Virus record (IMG/VR): IMGVR_UViG_3300020814_000207
Coordinates: 1 to 64,000 of that record
Origin: an uncultured virus (IMG/VR IMGVR_UViG_3300020814_000207)
Lineage: Duplodnaviria > Heunggongvirae > Uroviricota > Caudoviricetes
Length of the DNA: 64,000 bases
Strand: one strand, 5' to 3'
This document shows, piece by piece, positions 30,821-39,821 of this stretch. Below the pieces are notes generated by a model. That model had not been told where the DNA came from and did no database searches. It was given only the letters and a program-made list of their open reading frames with translations. Each line of letters starts with the position of its first letter. The stretch's first letter is position 1. The position numbers were made by a program, and so were the translations under genes.

Positions 30821-31765
30821 GCCAACACAATTGACTTACATTTAGGTGGACACGAAAAGCAAAGTGGTTTTATCGACACCATTATTGGAGGTTTTGAATC
30901 TGTAAGCGATAGCATCGATCTGTTTGTGTCGTCGGCAGACGTATCGTCTGGTAATATTGATGTAACAGAAAATGGGCACTTACTATCTTCTGGTTCAATC
31001 GATTTACATACGATGGGTCCGGAGATCTGTTCTGAGTCAGTTGACTTATTCCTGAAGGCACAGATTATAACAGAATCTGTTGATCTATATGTATATGGAA
31101 TATTTGGATATAGTCAGCCATTATTTTTGAAGACCTATGATGGTGATGAAAATTCTTCGTTAGACTTAATGGTCTATGGATCTCCATCTGGACAAACACT
31201 TGGATTTACATTAAAGTCATTGCCCCTATCGGTGTACAACGATTCTGCTCCATCTACGATGGATCAATCCTGGCACCTGTTTATAAACGTAGAATCTGGA
31301 ATTATTACACAGAGCGGCGGAATTACATGTCCGCTGTTTATGCAAACGTTGTCTTGGCCAAGCGGATACATAGGTCTGTTTATCAGCGGACCAGACATTA
31401 ACTCGTCTGGTATATGCGATCTTTATACCATAGGAGATGGAGAATTATCATACGACACAAGTGGTTCCTGGCCACTATATCTTGACGTACATACTGGGGA
31501 AGTGGCGTATATTGACATGTGTATTACAGGTTTTGAATGGCCTTCTGGTGTAACAAATCTGTATGTCTTTGGAATTTCTGGTATATCATATGACAACGTA
31601 GAATTTATGGTCCACGGACATACGACCAAAAATAGCAAGATTAATCTCTTTACCAATGGAACTAACACTATATCGACGAGCAATATCGACTTATTTGTGT
31701 ATGGTTTCACGGCATACGGAACCCTGTCATCTGGGTATATAACTTTCTATGAGCATGGATACTAA
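27638..31765 (+). CDS. Tail-associated protein with four tandem LamG/ConA-like domains and C-terminal short beta repeats, Ser-Gly rich
   Basis: Four ~280-aa units (N.VFYHPFTSG...SGDISINGSGW...DEVVLW.NIPKFT) followed by SG.IDLF(I/V) repeats. Confidence 0.7.
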   Translation: MGLLYNDNVIFYLPFTSGLHEYMAGKLWTDVSGRANPTASGLIGSGFCVQQGYSENYIETQTLSDYPTSSGTTSLTMAVWTSGIHASAETNIAGGYGSVANYFTDGLKIYTDSTDHVKLGYYARTTSLDSFSIVGPVGTNVAWHLIVARVLFDGSVASGDISINGSGWQSLGALSEANYPTLNTAYLRYYQNNRKNGVWQVPVDEFVLWKNAPQFTNEELQNLYDLATVYNSQMSDYELQYPLSESIDLFISGPIPSVSSGSCDLFIKSSVLLDAHPLYPDNIVFYHPFTSGGIEYTKSASWSGYLDSISYTEEGLIGSGVIAAPLWNDGTLLFERGNLYAGVSGTTSMTMMVWTSGSFNNYTLYGAGWGNYNNFYNGLRCYVDASNNLRLQYWVNGSGPTLFTTSGPYADTSGWTLLIGRISFDGTDISGDLSINGSGWKNVGTLSESTYPTGTDSHLRMYHYHKYSTQQYPADEVVLWRNIPKFTNDQLSELYELGDSRKQLSQYPSNEINLYIGGIPANDTEETTLFVCGKECSSGLCDLSINGIRSIGSHLLYPNDVVFYHPFTSGGLEYTQNVWWFGYNTQMIPDGFIGSGVKPTSLSPYLVRDRGSLYPDCSGDTSYTAAIWSSGSNSFVKQYDIGWGDSIVDTYNSILLHVNSTTNRSTVGYKVGDRNSVIFSPSGDIVSQSGWVLIVGRVYFNGVVASGDVSVNGGDWVSLPVKSETRTPSGISSSVRFEPNNFTVGPMDYFPCDEVILWHNIPKLSTDQLKTFYQMGLSQFSMDQYPSNTKDLYIGGCITSSGSIDLFIDVPEQSSGTIPAYVSGYLPDVRFIGQHLPYPDNVVYYHPFTSGNLEQTKLVEWDTLGAIYVSGLIGSGITGDGFYPDVGASFYHEVNPLYDSSSGTISITSMYWTQGAVNGCIFGWSNSGVIDEGIYPSWVYSNVEMSYYLGSNPYSLPEFLTPNFVGGWHLIISRLVFDGTTASGDISLNGSGWQSMGSLPETRYPSGIASHAFFRYSNFVSSPGYKTDEVVLWKNIPKFTYDELQKIYQCGLSLIPMDFYPANTIDLHLGGHEKQSGFIDTIIGGFESVSDSIDLFVSSADVSSGNIDVTENGHLLSSGSIDLHTMGPEICSESVDLFLKAQIITESVDLYVYGIFGYSQPLFLKTYDGDENSSLDLMVYGSPSGQTLGFTLKSLPLSVYNDSAPSTMDQSWHLFINVESGIITQSGGITCPLFMQTLSWPSGYIGLFISGPDINSSGICDLYTIGDGELSYDTSGSWPLYLDVHTGEVAYIDMCITGFEWPSGVTNLYVFGISGISYDNVEFMVHGHTTKNSKINLFTNGTNTISTSNIDLFVYGFTAYGTLSSGYITFYEHGY

Positions 31766-31777
31766 TGGAGAATAGCA

Positions 31778-33478
31778 ATGTTGCGATATAGCGGAAAGGC
31801 AATCATACCAGCACCACTGGTAACACTGAATAAAACCTATCAAACAACCGAGGACGGTGGTAAGATTGGTGCCAACTACGACATTACCCTGACTGGAACA
31901 TTGTTGCCATTTAAAGGATCTCCTAGTGGTCATTACACAAATCTAGCCGATGCATTTTGGGAGTTGTCTAACTATCCACCAGACGAATCGTATGCGGAAA
32001 ATAATGAAGATTTTAATTCTATATTACGTAAACAAGAGGCTATTAGATGGTTGTTTTCGCAAGACGGACAATCATTAGAGTGGCAACCGCAATCTGGTCA
32101 ACCGGTCGTGAAGTGCAACCCACGAATACTGGATATTAGCTTCACAGAGGGTATATGGACACAGAGGTGTGACTATACAATTAGGCTTCAGGCCGATTGG
32201 ATATACATCAATGGAACGCTAAGTCATGAAGATACATTCAACTTTGATTTAATAGAATCTGCTGGAGAGGCGTGGTCTTTCGAGGATATGGAAGGTCGCG
32301 AAGGTCAGATGTTTAGGGTTACACACGATGTTAACGCGCGTGGAATACTTGGGTACGACGAAACGGGCAGTAAGTACGATGGAGAAGAAGCGTGGCAACA
32401 CGCAAAAGCGTGGTGTGACACAAAGGCGATAGGACTTATTCCGTCTGGCGTTCTAACCAGCATTATTGGTGTAGATACATGGATGGGTGGCGCGTACACC
32501 AAAACATCAAGTATAGGATCGTTCGACGGAACATACTCCATAAAGGAGTCATGGACACTTGGCTCTGGCAACCATTACATAGAGAAAAGCTTTAGCATAG
32601 ACTATTCGCAGGAAAATGACGAATATCGTGTCAGATACGACGGAATTGTTTATGGAGTGTCTAGTAACAAGGCTGCTGGAGATGTCTCCGCTATGGACAT
32701 CGCCAGGGATTATGTTCCATCACAATCCATGGCAAGAGCAGAAGCTCTTATCGCTGTTGGCACATTATTAGGTGGGGCAACGATAGGCGAATCTCCATAT
32801 GTGAAGTCTGTCGGACTTAATCAGTCACAAGGAACCGCCTCGTTTTCATACGAATGGAATAGTACCGAGAATCCAGACGTACTAATCTACTACGAAGCTA
32901 ACGTTAACTATACTTCAGAAAATAGTCAGTATGTTATTACTCTATCGGCAGATATCCGTGGACTTGGCGATACATCAGAGGAAAAACTGAATAATGCTAG
33001 GGGTGCTGTTCCCAGTGACGCTGCGGCCAGGGAAAAGGCTATTGAGATAATAGATTCGCTGATACCAGACACATCCGTAGTAAGCAATACAATACGAACC
33101 AAGGTGTCTGCTGTCAATGAAAAATCGGGTACCATTAGGGTGTCATGGACGTGGGATACATCATCTGATAATCAATTAGAAGTTAGTATACAAGACCAGA
33201 ATCGTGCTCAAATAACTGCTATCCTTCCGATACCTGGAAGGCTTTTGGGTCCAGTGATCCAGGACATGAATACTGTTAACGAAAAAATCACTACAATTAC
33301 GATAAAGGGTAAGGGATATACGGCCAGACCGTCAAGTTCCGTTATGCGAACAATGTGCGATGAATACCTAAGTATTCCGTCTAGTGGTTTTATTATGATA
33401 GGGGATAGTGAAAATTGGAGTCCAACAGCATTTACATACGACAGGACAATTAGATACCTTATCAAGGAAGGGTTCTAA
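31778..33478 (+). CDS. Putative distal tail/baseplate protein
   Basis: Beta-rich with internally repeated units (GT.S..ESW, GTASFSYEW, GTIRVSWTW), downstream of the tape measure gene. Confidence 0.45.
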   Translation: MLRYSGKAIIPAPLVTLNKTYQTTEDGGKIGANYDITLTGTLLPFKGSPSGHYTNLADAFWELSNYPPDESYAENNEDFNSILRKQEAIRWLFSQDGQSLEWQPQSGQPVVKCNPRILDISFTEGIWTQRCDYTIRLQADWIYINGTLSHEDTFNFDLIESAGEAWSFEDMEGREGQMFRVTHDVNARGILGYDETGSKYDGEEAWQHAKAWCDTKAIGLIPSGVLTSIIGVDTWMGGAYTKTSSIGSFDGTYSIKESWTLGSGNHYIEKSFSIDYSQENDEYRVRYDGIVYGVSSNKAAGDVSAMDIARDYVPSQSMARAEALIAVGTLLGGATIGESPYVKSVGLNQSQGTASFSYEWNSTENPDVLIYYEANVNYTSENSQYVITLSADIRGLGDTSEEKLNNARGAVPSDAAAREKAIEIIDSLIPDTSVVSNTIRTKVSAVNEKSGTIRVSWTWDTSSDNQLEVSIQDQNRAQITAILPIPGRLLGPVIQDMNTVNEKITTITIKGKGYTARPSSSVMRTMCDEYLSIPSSGFIMIGDSENWSPTAFTYDRTIRYLIKEGF

Positions 33479-36021
33479 TGGAAATTCAGCAAAAGATTAT
33501 CTTTGGTTGTTATCTTAGGAGTTTTGGTGCTCAGTTTGGTTGGAACCAAAACCCAACGACATATAATATGTCTGTCGTAGAGGATGAATCACATCATTTT
33601 ACGCTTGCCGGATTACCACGACAGGGCATGAGACACATTGAGCATATACAGATAGGGTCGTTAGATTTTTATGGCTTAATACAGATGTGGGATAATCAGA
33701 TTATTAATGTGGCCGGAAGCGGTGTATATTCGGTTCGCATGACTGATATGAGACCTGCAATGGATTGTGTTCAGGTGGTTGTTCAGTCACCAACAGGAGT
33801 TAATCTTGGGGAAAATGTAGTATTAGTTCAGCCCGAAACAAATGAGGATTTGGTAGGAGGGGTTAAATATTCTACTATCAAAAATAGGATAGAGAGCGTT
33901 ATCTATAAATATGGGGAGATATCGTTTCGTGTCAATCTTAGCGATATCACAACAACATCGCGAACTATACAAAGCACAACTGGATTGAATGAGCGTATTC
34001 CATACAGGGTTCGTGGCTCTGCAATGTCGTTAATAGAATTTATTAATCAAGTAGCAGATGATCATGGATTCGAATGGTATGTAGATACTGTTAAAAATGG
34101 ATCTGTCTACGACGTTTATGTTCGTACACTACAGCGAAAAGTTGTTTCTCTTGATATGGATGGACTAGCTAGTCAATATCCAAATTCTGTTATTCGACTG
34201 GTAACTGGTGTAGAAAATCGAGACGAGGTAACAAGAACGATAGTTCTTGGGGCTAACAAACAAACACTTACAAAATATAATGGCAGTCTACTTAAACCAT
34301 TTTGGGGATTCGATGACGAAGGAGGCGTATTAACTTCCCCAAGATTTAAGATAGTGTCTAGGGAAGGAATAATAAGAACAAGATTCACATCTATCGATGA
34401 GATGAAGGATGCTCTTAATGGTCGAATTACCAATTTACCAGAAGAAGAATTGAAGGCGCTAACGTCTTATGCTGAAAATCACTGGGGAAGAACCTTCTAT
34501 ATCGACATACCAGCGTCATTAATTGATAGCGACAATGTTCCATGGATAGATACTGTTAATGAGGGGTGGTGGGAGGACAATACTTCTCCAGAAAGTTTAC
34601 CAACAGACGGTCAATTGAAATTTGGTGTCAGTGATGGAAGATGGGTTGCTTTCGCTGTACTAAATAATCCAAGTACCGTTGGTGGTGAGTGGGCAGATCA
34701 AGTTGTTGACTCGTCAGATTTACTGGGAACTGGCCAAAACAGATACTATATGAAGATATCGGTAGATCGCGTAGATCTATATAAGGTGCCTGGCGCTCCA
34801 TCGAATAAACGGGGCAGCATTTTGCTTATTACATTCCCGGTCCCGCTAGAGGTTTTGATTGGGACTAGAACTAGTTATGGGGCACTAGAGACAAACGGAG
34901 AAGTGTCTAGAATGACACAGGTCGGCTCTGTTTACATACCGATTATTGATCGTCGAGATTCATATGGCCCATGGACGAGCGATACTTTGATTCCACCACA
35001 ACTAAGATTGCCCGGAAAAACAAGGGTTGTCTTTGATTCGTCATTAACGCCATGGGCGTACTCGTATCGTGGCATGTCTATGGATGATGCCATTGATATT
35101 ATGAACAAAATTGCATATGCCAGAATTAGAACATACACACATCGTATTACAGAGTTTGATACTGGTGAATTAGAGGTTCCTGGATTACCAACAGTTAATC
35201 TTGGAACAGCAATTGGTCGTGGAACCAATATCACAAATATTAGTGTATCGTATGATATTCGTGGTGTAACAACCGTTTATAAGTGCAATCTCTATACCAA
35301 CGAACTTGGTAGATATCAAAGATACTATCAAGAGTTGATTGACAAGCTCAAAAGAGATCAGGCTAGACAACAATATCCAGAATATCCAGAGGATATTTTT
35401 AAAGATCCTCCAGAGCATAGGGTTAATCGTGGTGCTGGGGGTGATGGGTCAATCGTCGCCAAGATAATTAGTAGGGATAGTGATCATCCGTGGTATATGT
35501 GTCAAATTCACAAACAGACTCTTGTTAATGGGTATGTCCAACTTGTTCCCGCTGCCATATTTAATGTTGCAGTAACAAACCTATCTGAGTACCCAGACGC
35601 ACCTGCACACCTACCAATTGGAATGTTCTTAAGAATAAAACCAGCCAAATGGGGATTGTATCCAGATAGATATACATCAAATAATATAGTTGCTGTTACT
35701 GCATGGGTCGTTGAAGAGGCCCTACCGTCACCACCGGAACTTAAATGCACTATTGCCAGGTCGTTGAATCCACCATCGTCTAAGGTCGGACCACCAAACT
35801 ACGAAGTTACGGTAGTAGAGGGTGATACATCAATGTTTACGGATAGTGAATTAAATTTACTTGATACGGTTCTAAATCTTGGTGAGCCATATTCCGGTCC
35901 TGGATATATCCCGGTTGGCACAGCAGTTTCTGTAAGATGGGTTGAACAAGAAAACCATACCTTTAAGCCATATATAGATCAGGCAATGAACGTATTCATG
36001 TATCCATCGGAGATATCATAA
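33478..36021 (+). CDS. Putative baseplate hub/tail tip protein
   Basis: GWNQNPTTYNMSVVED and SLIEFINQVADDHGFEWYV hub-like motifs, with a duplicated C-terminal unit (NLSEYPDAPAHLPIG / NLGEPYSGPGYIPVG). Confidence 0.5.
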   Translation: MEIQQKIIFGCYLRSFGAQFGWNQNPTTYNMSVVEDESHHFTLAGLPRQGMRHIEHIQIGSLDFYGLIQMWDNQIINVAGSGVYSVRMTDMRPAMDCVQVVVQSPTGVNLGENVVLVQPETNEDLVGGVKYSTIKNRIESVIYKYGEISFRVNLSDITTTSRTIQSTTGLNERIPYRVRGSAMSLIEFINQVADDHGFEWYVDTVKNGSVYDVYVRTLQRKVVSLDMDGLASQYPNSVIRLVTGVENRDEVTRTIVLGANKQTLTKYNGSLLKPFWGFDDEGGVLTSPRFKIVSREGIIRTRFTSIDEMKDALNGRITNLPEEELKALTSYAENHWGRTFYIDIPASLIDSDNVPWIDTVNEGWWEDNTSPESLPTDGQLKFGVSDGRWVAFAVLNNPSTVGGEWADQVVDSSDLLGTGQNRYYMKISVDRVDLYKVPGAPSNKRGSILLITFPVPLEVLIGTRTSYGALETNGEVSRMTQVGSVYIPIIDRRDSYGPWTSDTLIPPQLRLPGKTRVVFDSSLTPWAYSYRGMSMDDAIDIMNKIAYARIRTYTHRITEFDTGELEVPGLPTVNLGTAIGRGTNITNISVSYDIRGVTTVYKCNLYTNELGRYQRYYQELIDKLKRDQARQQYPEYPEDIFKDPPEHRVNRGAGGDGSIVAKIISRDSDHPWYMCQIHKQTLVNGYVQLVPAAIFNVAVTNLSEYPDAPAHLPIGMFLRIKPAKWGLYPDRYTSNNIVAVTAWVVEEALPSPPELKCTIARSLNPPSSKVGPPNYEVTVVEGDTSMFTDSELNLLDTVLNLGEPYSGPGYIPVGTAVSVRWVEQENHTFKPYIDQAMNVFMYPSEIS

Positions 36022-36022
36022 T

Positions 36023-36844
36023 ATGGCAACTGTGACAGATCCATACCTACAGATACCATTTGTTGTTAGTGGAGATGTAATACCCCCGTTTGTTGATGTG
36101 TTCTATGGGTTTTATAGTATACCACCATATGCAGGATATGGCGTAAACGTTCAAAGGGTAACGTGTCCATATATGGATACCTTTTTTGATAATATAATAT
36201 CTAATCAACAGAATGTAGTGTGTGATACATTCTTACTTAAAAATATACTAAGGCAATTTAATATATTATATGCCTTCTATAATCATCAGCCGTATACAGA
36301 CTACAAAACTATCAGTTCGTTGGCGCTTCCATTGAAGTTAATTGACGGCACACAGACAATGGTCTATGGGCATGATACCGATGACGAAAACAATTCCTGG
36401 GGAATGGCTTCGATAGATAACTACAATGAAGCAATACCATTATTCAAAAGCTGGTTCGAGCAATTAAGATTAAAACATCTACAAAATCATGATGCTGGTT
36501 TTATTTTTGAAGAAATAGATCCCATTATCTCTCCGCTGCCACCATTCCAACCGGTTTCACACAAGGCATATTATTATACGGCCGGTCCAGACCAAATCGC
36601 CGACCCAAATTTATTATACTATCATCCAAAACTTCGTTATGATATCACGGATCGATATGTCTACTTTATGGGATTTCCGAACATGATGGATAATCTACCC
36701 CCGCCGACCGGAGATATAGAAAGTGTTGATATAAATTGGTATAAAGAATCGCAGTATCAATATACGCTCTTATCTATTCTTGGCGTATATGATATGCTAA
36801 ACTATCTCGGTCACAGATATTACATGTACGCAGATCCGGTATAG
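36023..36844 (+). CDS. Hypothetical tail-tip protein
   Basis: 273 aa, Tyr/Pro-rich, coupled to the upstream gene. Confidence 0.5.
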   Translation: MATVTDPYLQIPFVVSGDVIPPFVDVFYGFYSIPPYAGYGVNVQRVTCPYMDTFFDNIISNQQNVVCDTFLLKNILRQFNILYAFYNHQPYTDYKTISSLALPLKLIDGTQTMVYGHDTDDENNSWGMASIDNYNEAIPLFKSWFEQLRLKHLQNHDAGFIFEEIDPIISPLPPFQPVSHKAYYYTAGPDQIADPNLLYYHPKLRYDITDRYVYFMGFPNMMDNLPPPTGDIESVDINWYKESQYQYTLLSILGVYDMLNYLGHRYYMYADPV

Positions 36845-36851
36845 TGTATAA
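36844..36851 (+). promoter_or_regulatory. GTGTATAA putative late promoter
   Basis: Exact motif in a short intergenic gap before ATG 36867. Confidence 0.6.
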
Positions 36852-36866
36852 AAAAGAGAGGGTATT

Positions 36867-37508
36867 ATGGCCAATATAAGCATATGGATAAACAATCAAA
36901 CTAGTCTAGCAATTGGCTCGGGTATAGGATTTTATGGTGATTCTGGATTCGGATCTCCTGTAGGCATAGGATCGTTTCAAGGGAGAACATTCATCACTGA
37001 TCCGTCTGGCCTGACCAATGGAATAGAGTGCAATAATAATAAGCTGACCATTGGTACAGGAGGCTCGCTTAGTGGAATAAATGGGGCATCCGGGGTTATA
37101 TTTGGTCAAGTGGGCGATGGAATTCCATTAAGAAATTTGCCTAATTATATGGCATCACTCAATATCAGATTCGAGCACGTAGAAGCGGTAAGAACACAAA
37201 ATGCGGCGATGTACATTTATGACGGAAATGTCCTGTCTCATGACCCGTCTGGATTGCTGTGTTACTGTAGCGAGATTATACATACGTCTACGTCGCAAGA
37301 TAATACGGGTTCCGGTGATGAGGCTTGGTCTTGGGTCCATGGATCTGAGTCCCTTGGTTTGATAGATACACCCGGCACATCTGGTTTACGCCCTAACGGC
37401 GACCTAACTATCGATACAAGGCACGACTGGTATGTTGCGATATCATGTACTCCAAACACACCAAATAGCAAGTTGTTTGGATTAGCAGTTGAAGTAGAGT
37501 ATATCTAA
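36867..37508 (+). CDS. Virion structural protein, paralog 1
   Basis: GSGIGFYG...LNIRF...TQNA...HDWYVAIS..P.....K.FGL.VE.EY shared with 37546-38160. Confidence 0.65.
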   Translation: MANISIWINNQTSLAIGSGIGFYGDSGFGSPVGIGSFQGRTFITDPSGLTNGIECNNNKLTIGTGGSLSGINGASGVIFGQVGDGIPLRNLPNYMASLNIRFEHVEAVRTQNAAMYIYDGNVLSHDPSGLLCYCSEIIHTSTSQDNTGSGDEAWSWVHGSESLGLIDTPGTSGLRPNGDLTIDTRHDWYVAISCTPNTPNSKLFGLAVEVEYI

Positions 37509-37514
37509 TATTAA

Positions 37515-37522
37515 GTGTATAA
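37515..37522 (+). promoter_or_regulatory. GTGTATAA putative late promoter
   Basis: Exact intergenic motif followed by AGGAGGT and ATG 37546. Confidence 0.6.
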
Positions 37523-37545
37523 AAAGACAAAGGAGGTAACTATAT

Positions 37546-38160
37546 ATGGCAGCAGCGATTAATTTCTTTGCAGGTAAAACTGCGGTATCGCTAGCCGGGT
37601 CTGGATTGGGATTTTATGGTGCTAGTTTTGGTACGTCGGTACAGGTCGGACAGTATCAAGATTCAACGTACATTACTAGCTCAGATGGTTCCGTCCAGGG
37701 TCCAGTAGCGAACAACACTAAGAAGTTGGCAACGACTTCGGGCGTAAGGTGGAACGACACCTTTGACACAGAACTCACTAGTATACAGAATGCATCCGGT
37801 GCCTTGAATGTACGATTTACATTCGACACCCCGGTCAAAACACAAAACGCACAATTGCGTGTATTTGATCGCGTCAGCAAAAACAACAACCCATCTGGCG
37901 TAACGTGTTATGTTGGCGAACTCATTCACCCATGGGAAGGCTGGGATTGTGCTGGCTCCGGAGACGCAACATGGGTTAATGCTTATGGGTCGGGTTCGTA
38001 CCTCGATCTAGTAAGTAGCCCAGGCGTTGACGGCAATCGACCATCCGGCGCTGATACTCAGGCCACGCAACACGACTGGTACGTTGCGATATCAGCAAGC
38101 CCGAACTCAATTGGTTCAAAGACCCAATTCGGTCTGTACGTTGAACTAGAGTATCTGTAA
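37546..38160 (+). CDS. Virion structural protein, paralog 2
   Basis: Full-length similarity to 36867-37508. Strong RBS and downstream terminator suggest high expression. Confidence 0.65.
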   Translation: MAAAINFFAGKTAVSLAGSGLGFYGASFGTSVQVGQYQDSTYITSSDGSVQGPVANNTKKLATTSGVRWNDTFDTELTSIQNASGALNVRFTFDTPVKTQNAQLRVFDRVSKNNNPSGVTCYVGELIHPWEGWDCAGSGDATWVNAYGSGSYLDLVSSPGVDGNRPSGADTQATQHDWYVAISASPNSIGSKTQFGLYVELEYL

Positions 38161-38169
38161 TAGAAACAA

Positions 38170-38213
38170 ATGGGGTGTTGGTGCCACCGACCACCATAGC
38201 CCCATCTTTTTTT
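38170..38213 (+). terminator. Rho-independent terminator
   Basis: ATGGGG...TGGTG / CACCA...CCCCAT imperfect hairpin followed by CTTTTTTT. Confidence 0.65.
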
Positions 38214-38225
38214 GGGAGTTAAACA

Positions 38226-38489
38226 ATGCCGAGGATCAAAAGGATTGGATCAATAATCGCGATAGCGTTGGCTATTACATCCCTGTTGTGTATTATAAAC
38301 GGCGTTGCTGGCAATTACCAACAGGTCAAAGACAGAATAGATTGTGTTGAAAAAACCATCTCAACCCATAACGAACAACTAAATTCTATGACCAATCAAT
38401 GGAATGCAGTTTCTCAGGATATAGCCGTCATTAAGGCAATACTCGTTCGCATAGAAAAGACGCTAGATAAAATTAGTGTTCCTGGGTAG
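38226..38489 (+). CDS. Small membrane-anchored coiled-coil protein (possible holin/lysis accessory)
   Basis: N-terminal hydrophobic helix followed by a heptad coiled coil. Last gene of the late arm. Confidence 0.4.
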   Translation: MPRIKRIGSIIAIALAITSLLCIINGVAGNYQQVKDRIDCVEKTISTHNEQLNSMTNQWNAVSQDIAVIKAILVRIEKTLDKISVPG

Positions 38490-38976
38490 TGATATTCCAC
38501 TTATAGATACTGACAACCGCCGCCCTTAAAAGCGACAATAACACACAAGCCTCTCCATTTGTAATACTATGCGAAAACACAACAGGATCTTTGTCGTCAT
38601 TTTTCTTAGAGCTTATTCTTAGATTATATCCAGTGGTCTGTCCAGTTTCAAATGACAATACTGCGTTTCCTTTGTCGTTACGATGAAATAGCCCCTTGTG
38701 TTTGCTGTGTGTATTTGACAATACACCAACCCCATTCTGTCGTTTTTCCAAAACGCTCATAATCTCGCCTATGTCTGATACTCCAAGCTTAACACGTATT
38801 GGAGACTTCCAGTCAAATGTAGCGTTTCCGTTGTCGTCGTTGGTCGTATTCTGTTTAGCCATTTCAACAAACACGCATTGATGTTTGGTGCTAAAATCCC
38901 ATGATGATGCACAACCACCACCGCCGTTACGTGGCTTATACAACTTAAATTGATGTGTTACTTTTAAGAATGCCAT
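38473..38976 (-). CDS. Whirly-like ssDNA-binding protein
   Basis: Collinear motifs FKLYK, FDWKSPIRVKLGVSDIGEI, LFHRNDKG, GYNLRIS and ITNGEACVLLSLL...W match the plant Whirly domain pattern as recalled. Confidence 0.6.
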   Translation of the reverse strand: MAFLKVTHQFKLYKPRNGGGGCASSWDFSTKHQCVFVEMAKQNTTNDDNGNATFDWKSPIRVKLGVSDIGEIMSVLEKRQNGVGVLSNTHSKHKGLFHRNDKGNAVLSFETGQTTGYNLRISSKKNDDKDPVVFSHSITNGEACVLLSLLRAAVVSIYKWNITTQEH

Positions 38977-38990
38977 ATATGCTCATACTC

Positions 38991-39821
38991 CTATCTTACA
39001 ATTGACTCTGGGATATGCCCTGTTTGCTGTAGCGAATTAAGATGCTTAACAACTATCAATCCCTCAACCTTTGTCAAAGATTGTAGGTCGGACTTATTTA
39101 GATCTAGATGGCCTAATAGCTTTGGGATACTCACATTGAGCCTATCTGCCATCAGTTGAATAACAGATATTTGACCCACCTGAATCACTACATCCTTATC
39201 ATTACTATTTTCTGGTAACTCAAAGTTAGCTTCTTCGGCGGCTATCACCTTCCTTAACTGCAAGGCCATCCTAAAACATCTCCCCCTAGCGCGCGTTTCT
39301 GCCGTGCTTGTTGGAAATCTAGCAAACGTTTCGTCGCAGTTGTCACTACATACATCCGCCAGCCCCTCGAACCGCACATTACGACGCAACCCATTATGAT
39401 AAAATATTACCCACGCTTTTACACATGCCCTTTGGCCATTGTCTAACGATGGTGGAGAAACCAATTCGCTACCTTCCTCAACAATCGGGCCAATTAACGT
39501 AGATGCAACTCGCCTTAGTCCATCAACCTTTGGGTTCTGATTTTCTAGTTCGTCGTTACTAAATAGTCCCAAGACATACTGTGTCCACTCAATAGAGTTT
39601 TGGTCCGGAGGACTATTTTGAACATCCTTTTCTACAACAACAGCATCTTCGCTTGGTGATACAGTTTCACTCTTAACAACCGGTTCTTCCCCGCGACTAG
39701 ACTTCAACATCAATTTTAGATCTGGTTTTCGTATTCCGCGCAAATCATCTTGCGATAATCCGTGTTTCGATAATTCTTCTCGCAATTCTTGTGCTGTCAT
39801 CTGAGAAATATATTTACCCAT
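38991..39821 (-). CDS. Putative ssDNA-annealing/recombination protein (Rad52/Sak-like)
   Basis: VDGLRRVA...ACVKA...GLAD...TAETRARGRCFRMAL pattern and a C-terminal LTKVEG..VVKHL helix module. Confidence 0.4.
   Translation of the reverse strand: MGKYISQMTAQELREELSKHGLSQDDLRGIRKPDLKLMLKSSRGEEPVVKSETVSPSEDAVVVEKDVQNSPPDQNSIEWTQYVLGLFSNDELENQNPKVDGLRRVASTLIGPIVEEGSELVSPPSLDNGQRACVKAWVIFYHNGLRRNVRFEGLADVCSDNCDETFARFPTSTAETRARGRCFRMALQLRKVIAAEEANFELPENSNDKDVVIQVGQISVIQLMADRLNVSIPKLLGHLDLNKSDLQSLTKVEGLIVVKHLNSLQQTGHIPESIVR

Noticed and set aside
27638..36844. Diversity-generating retroelement or invertible cassette acting on tail genes
   Set aside because: No reverse transcriptase or recombinase in the window. 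The repeats are old, diverged domain duplications, not near-identical adenine-variant pairs.
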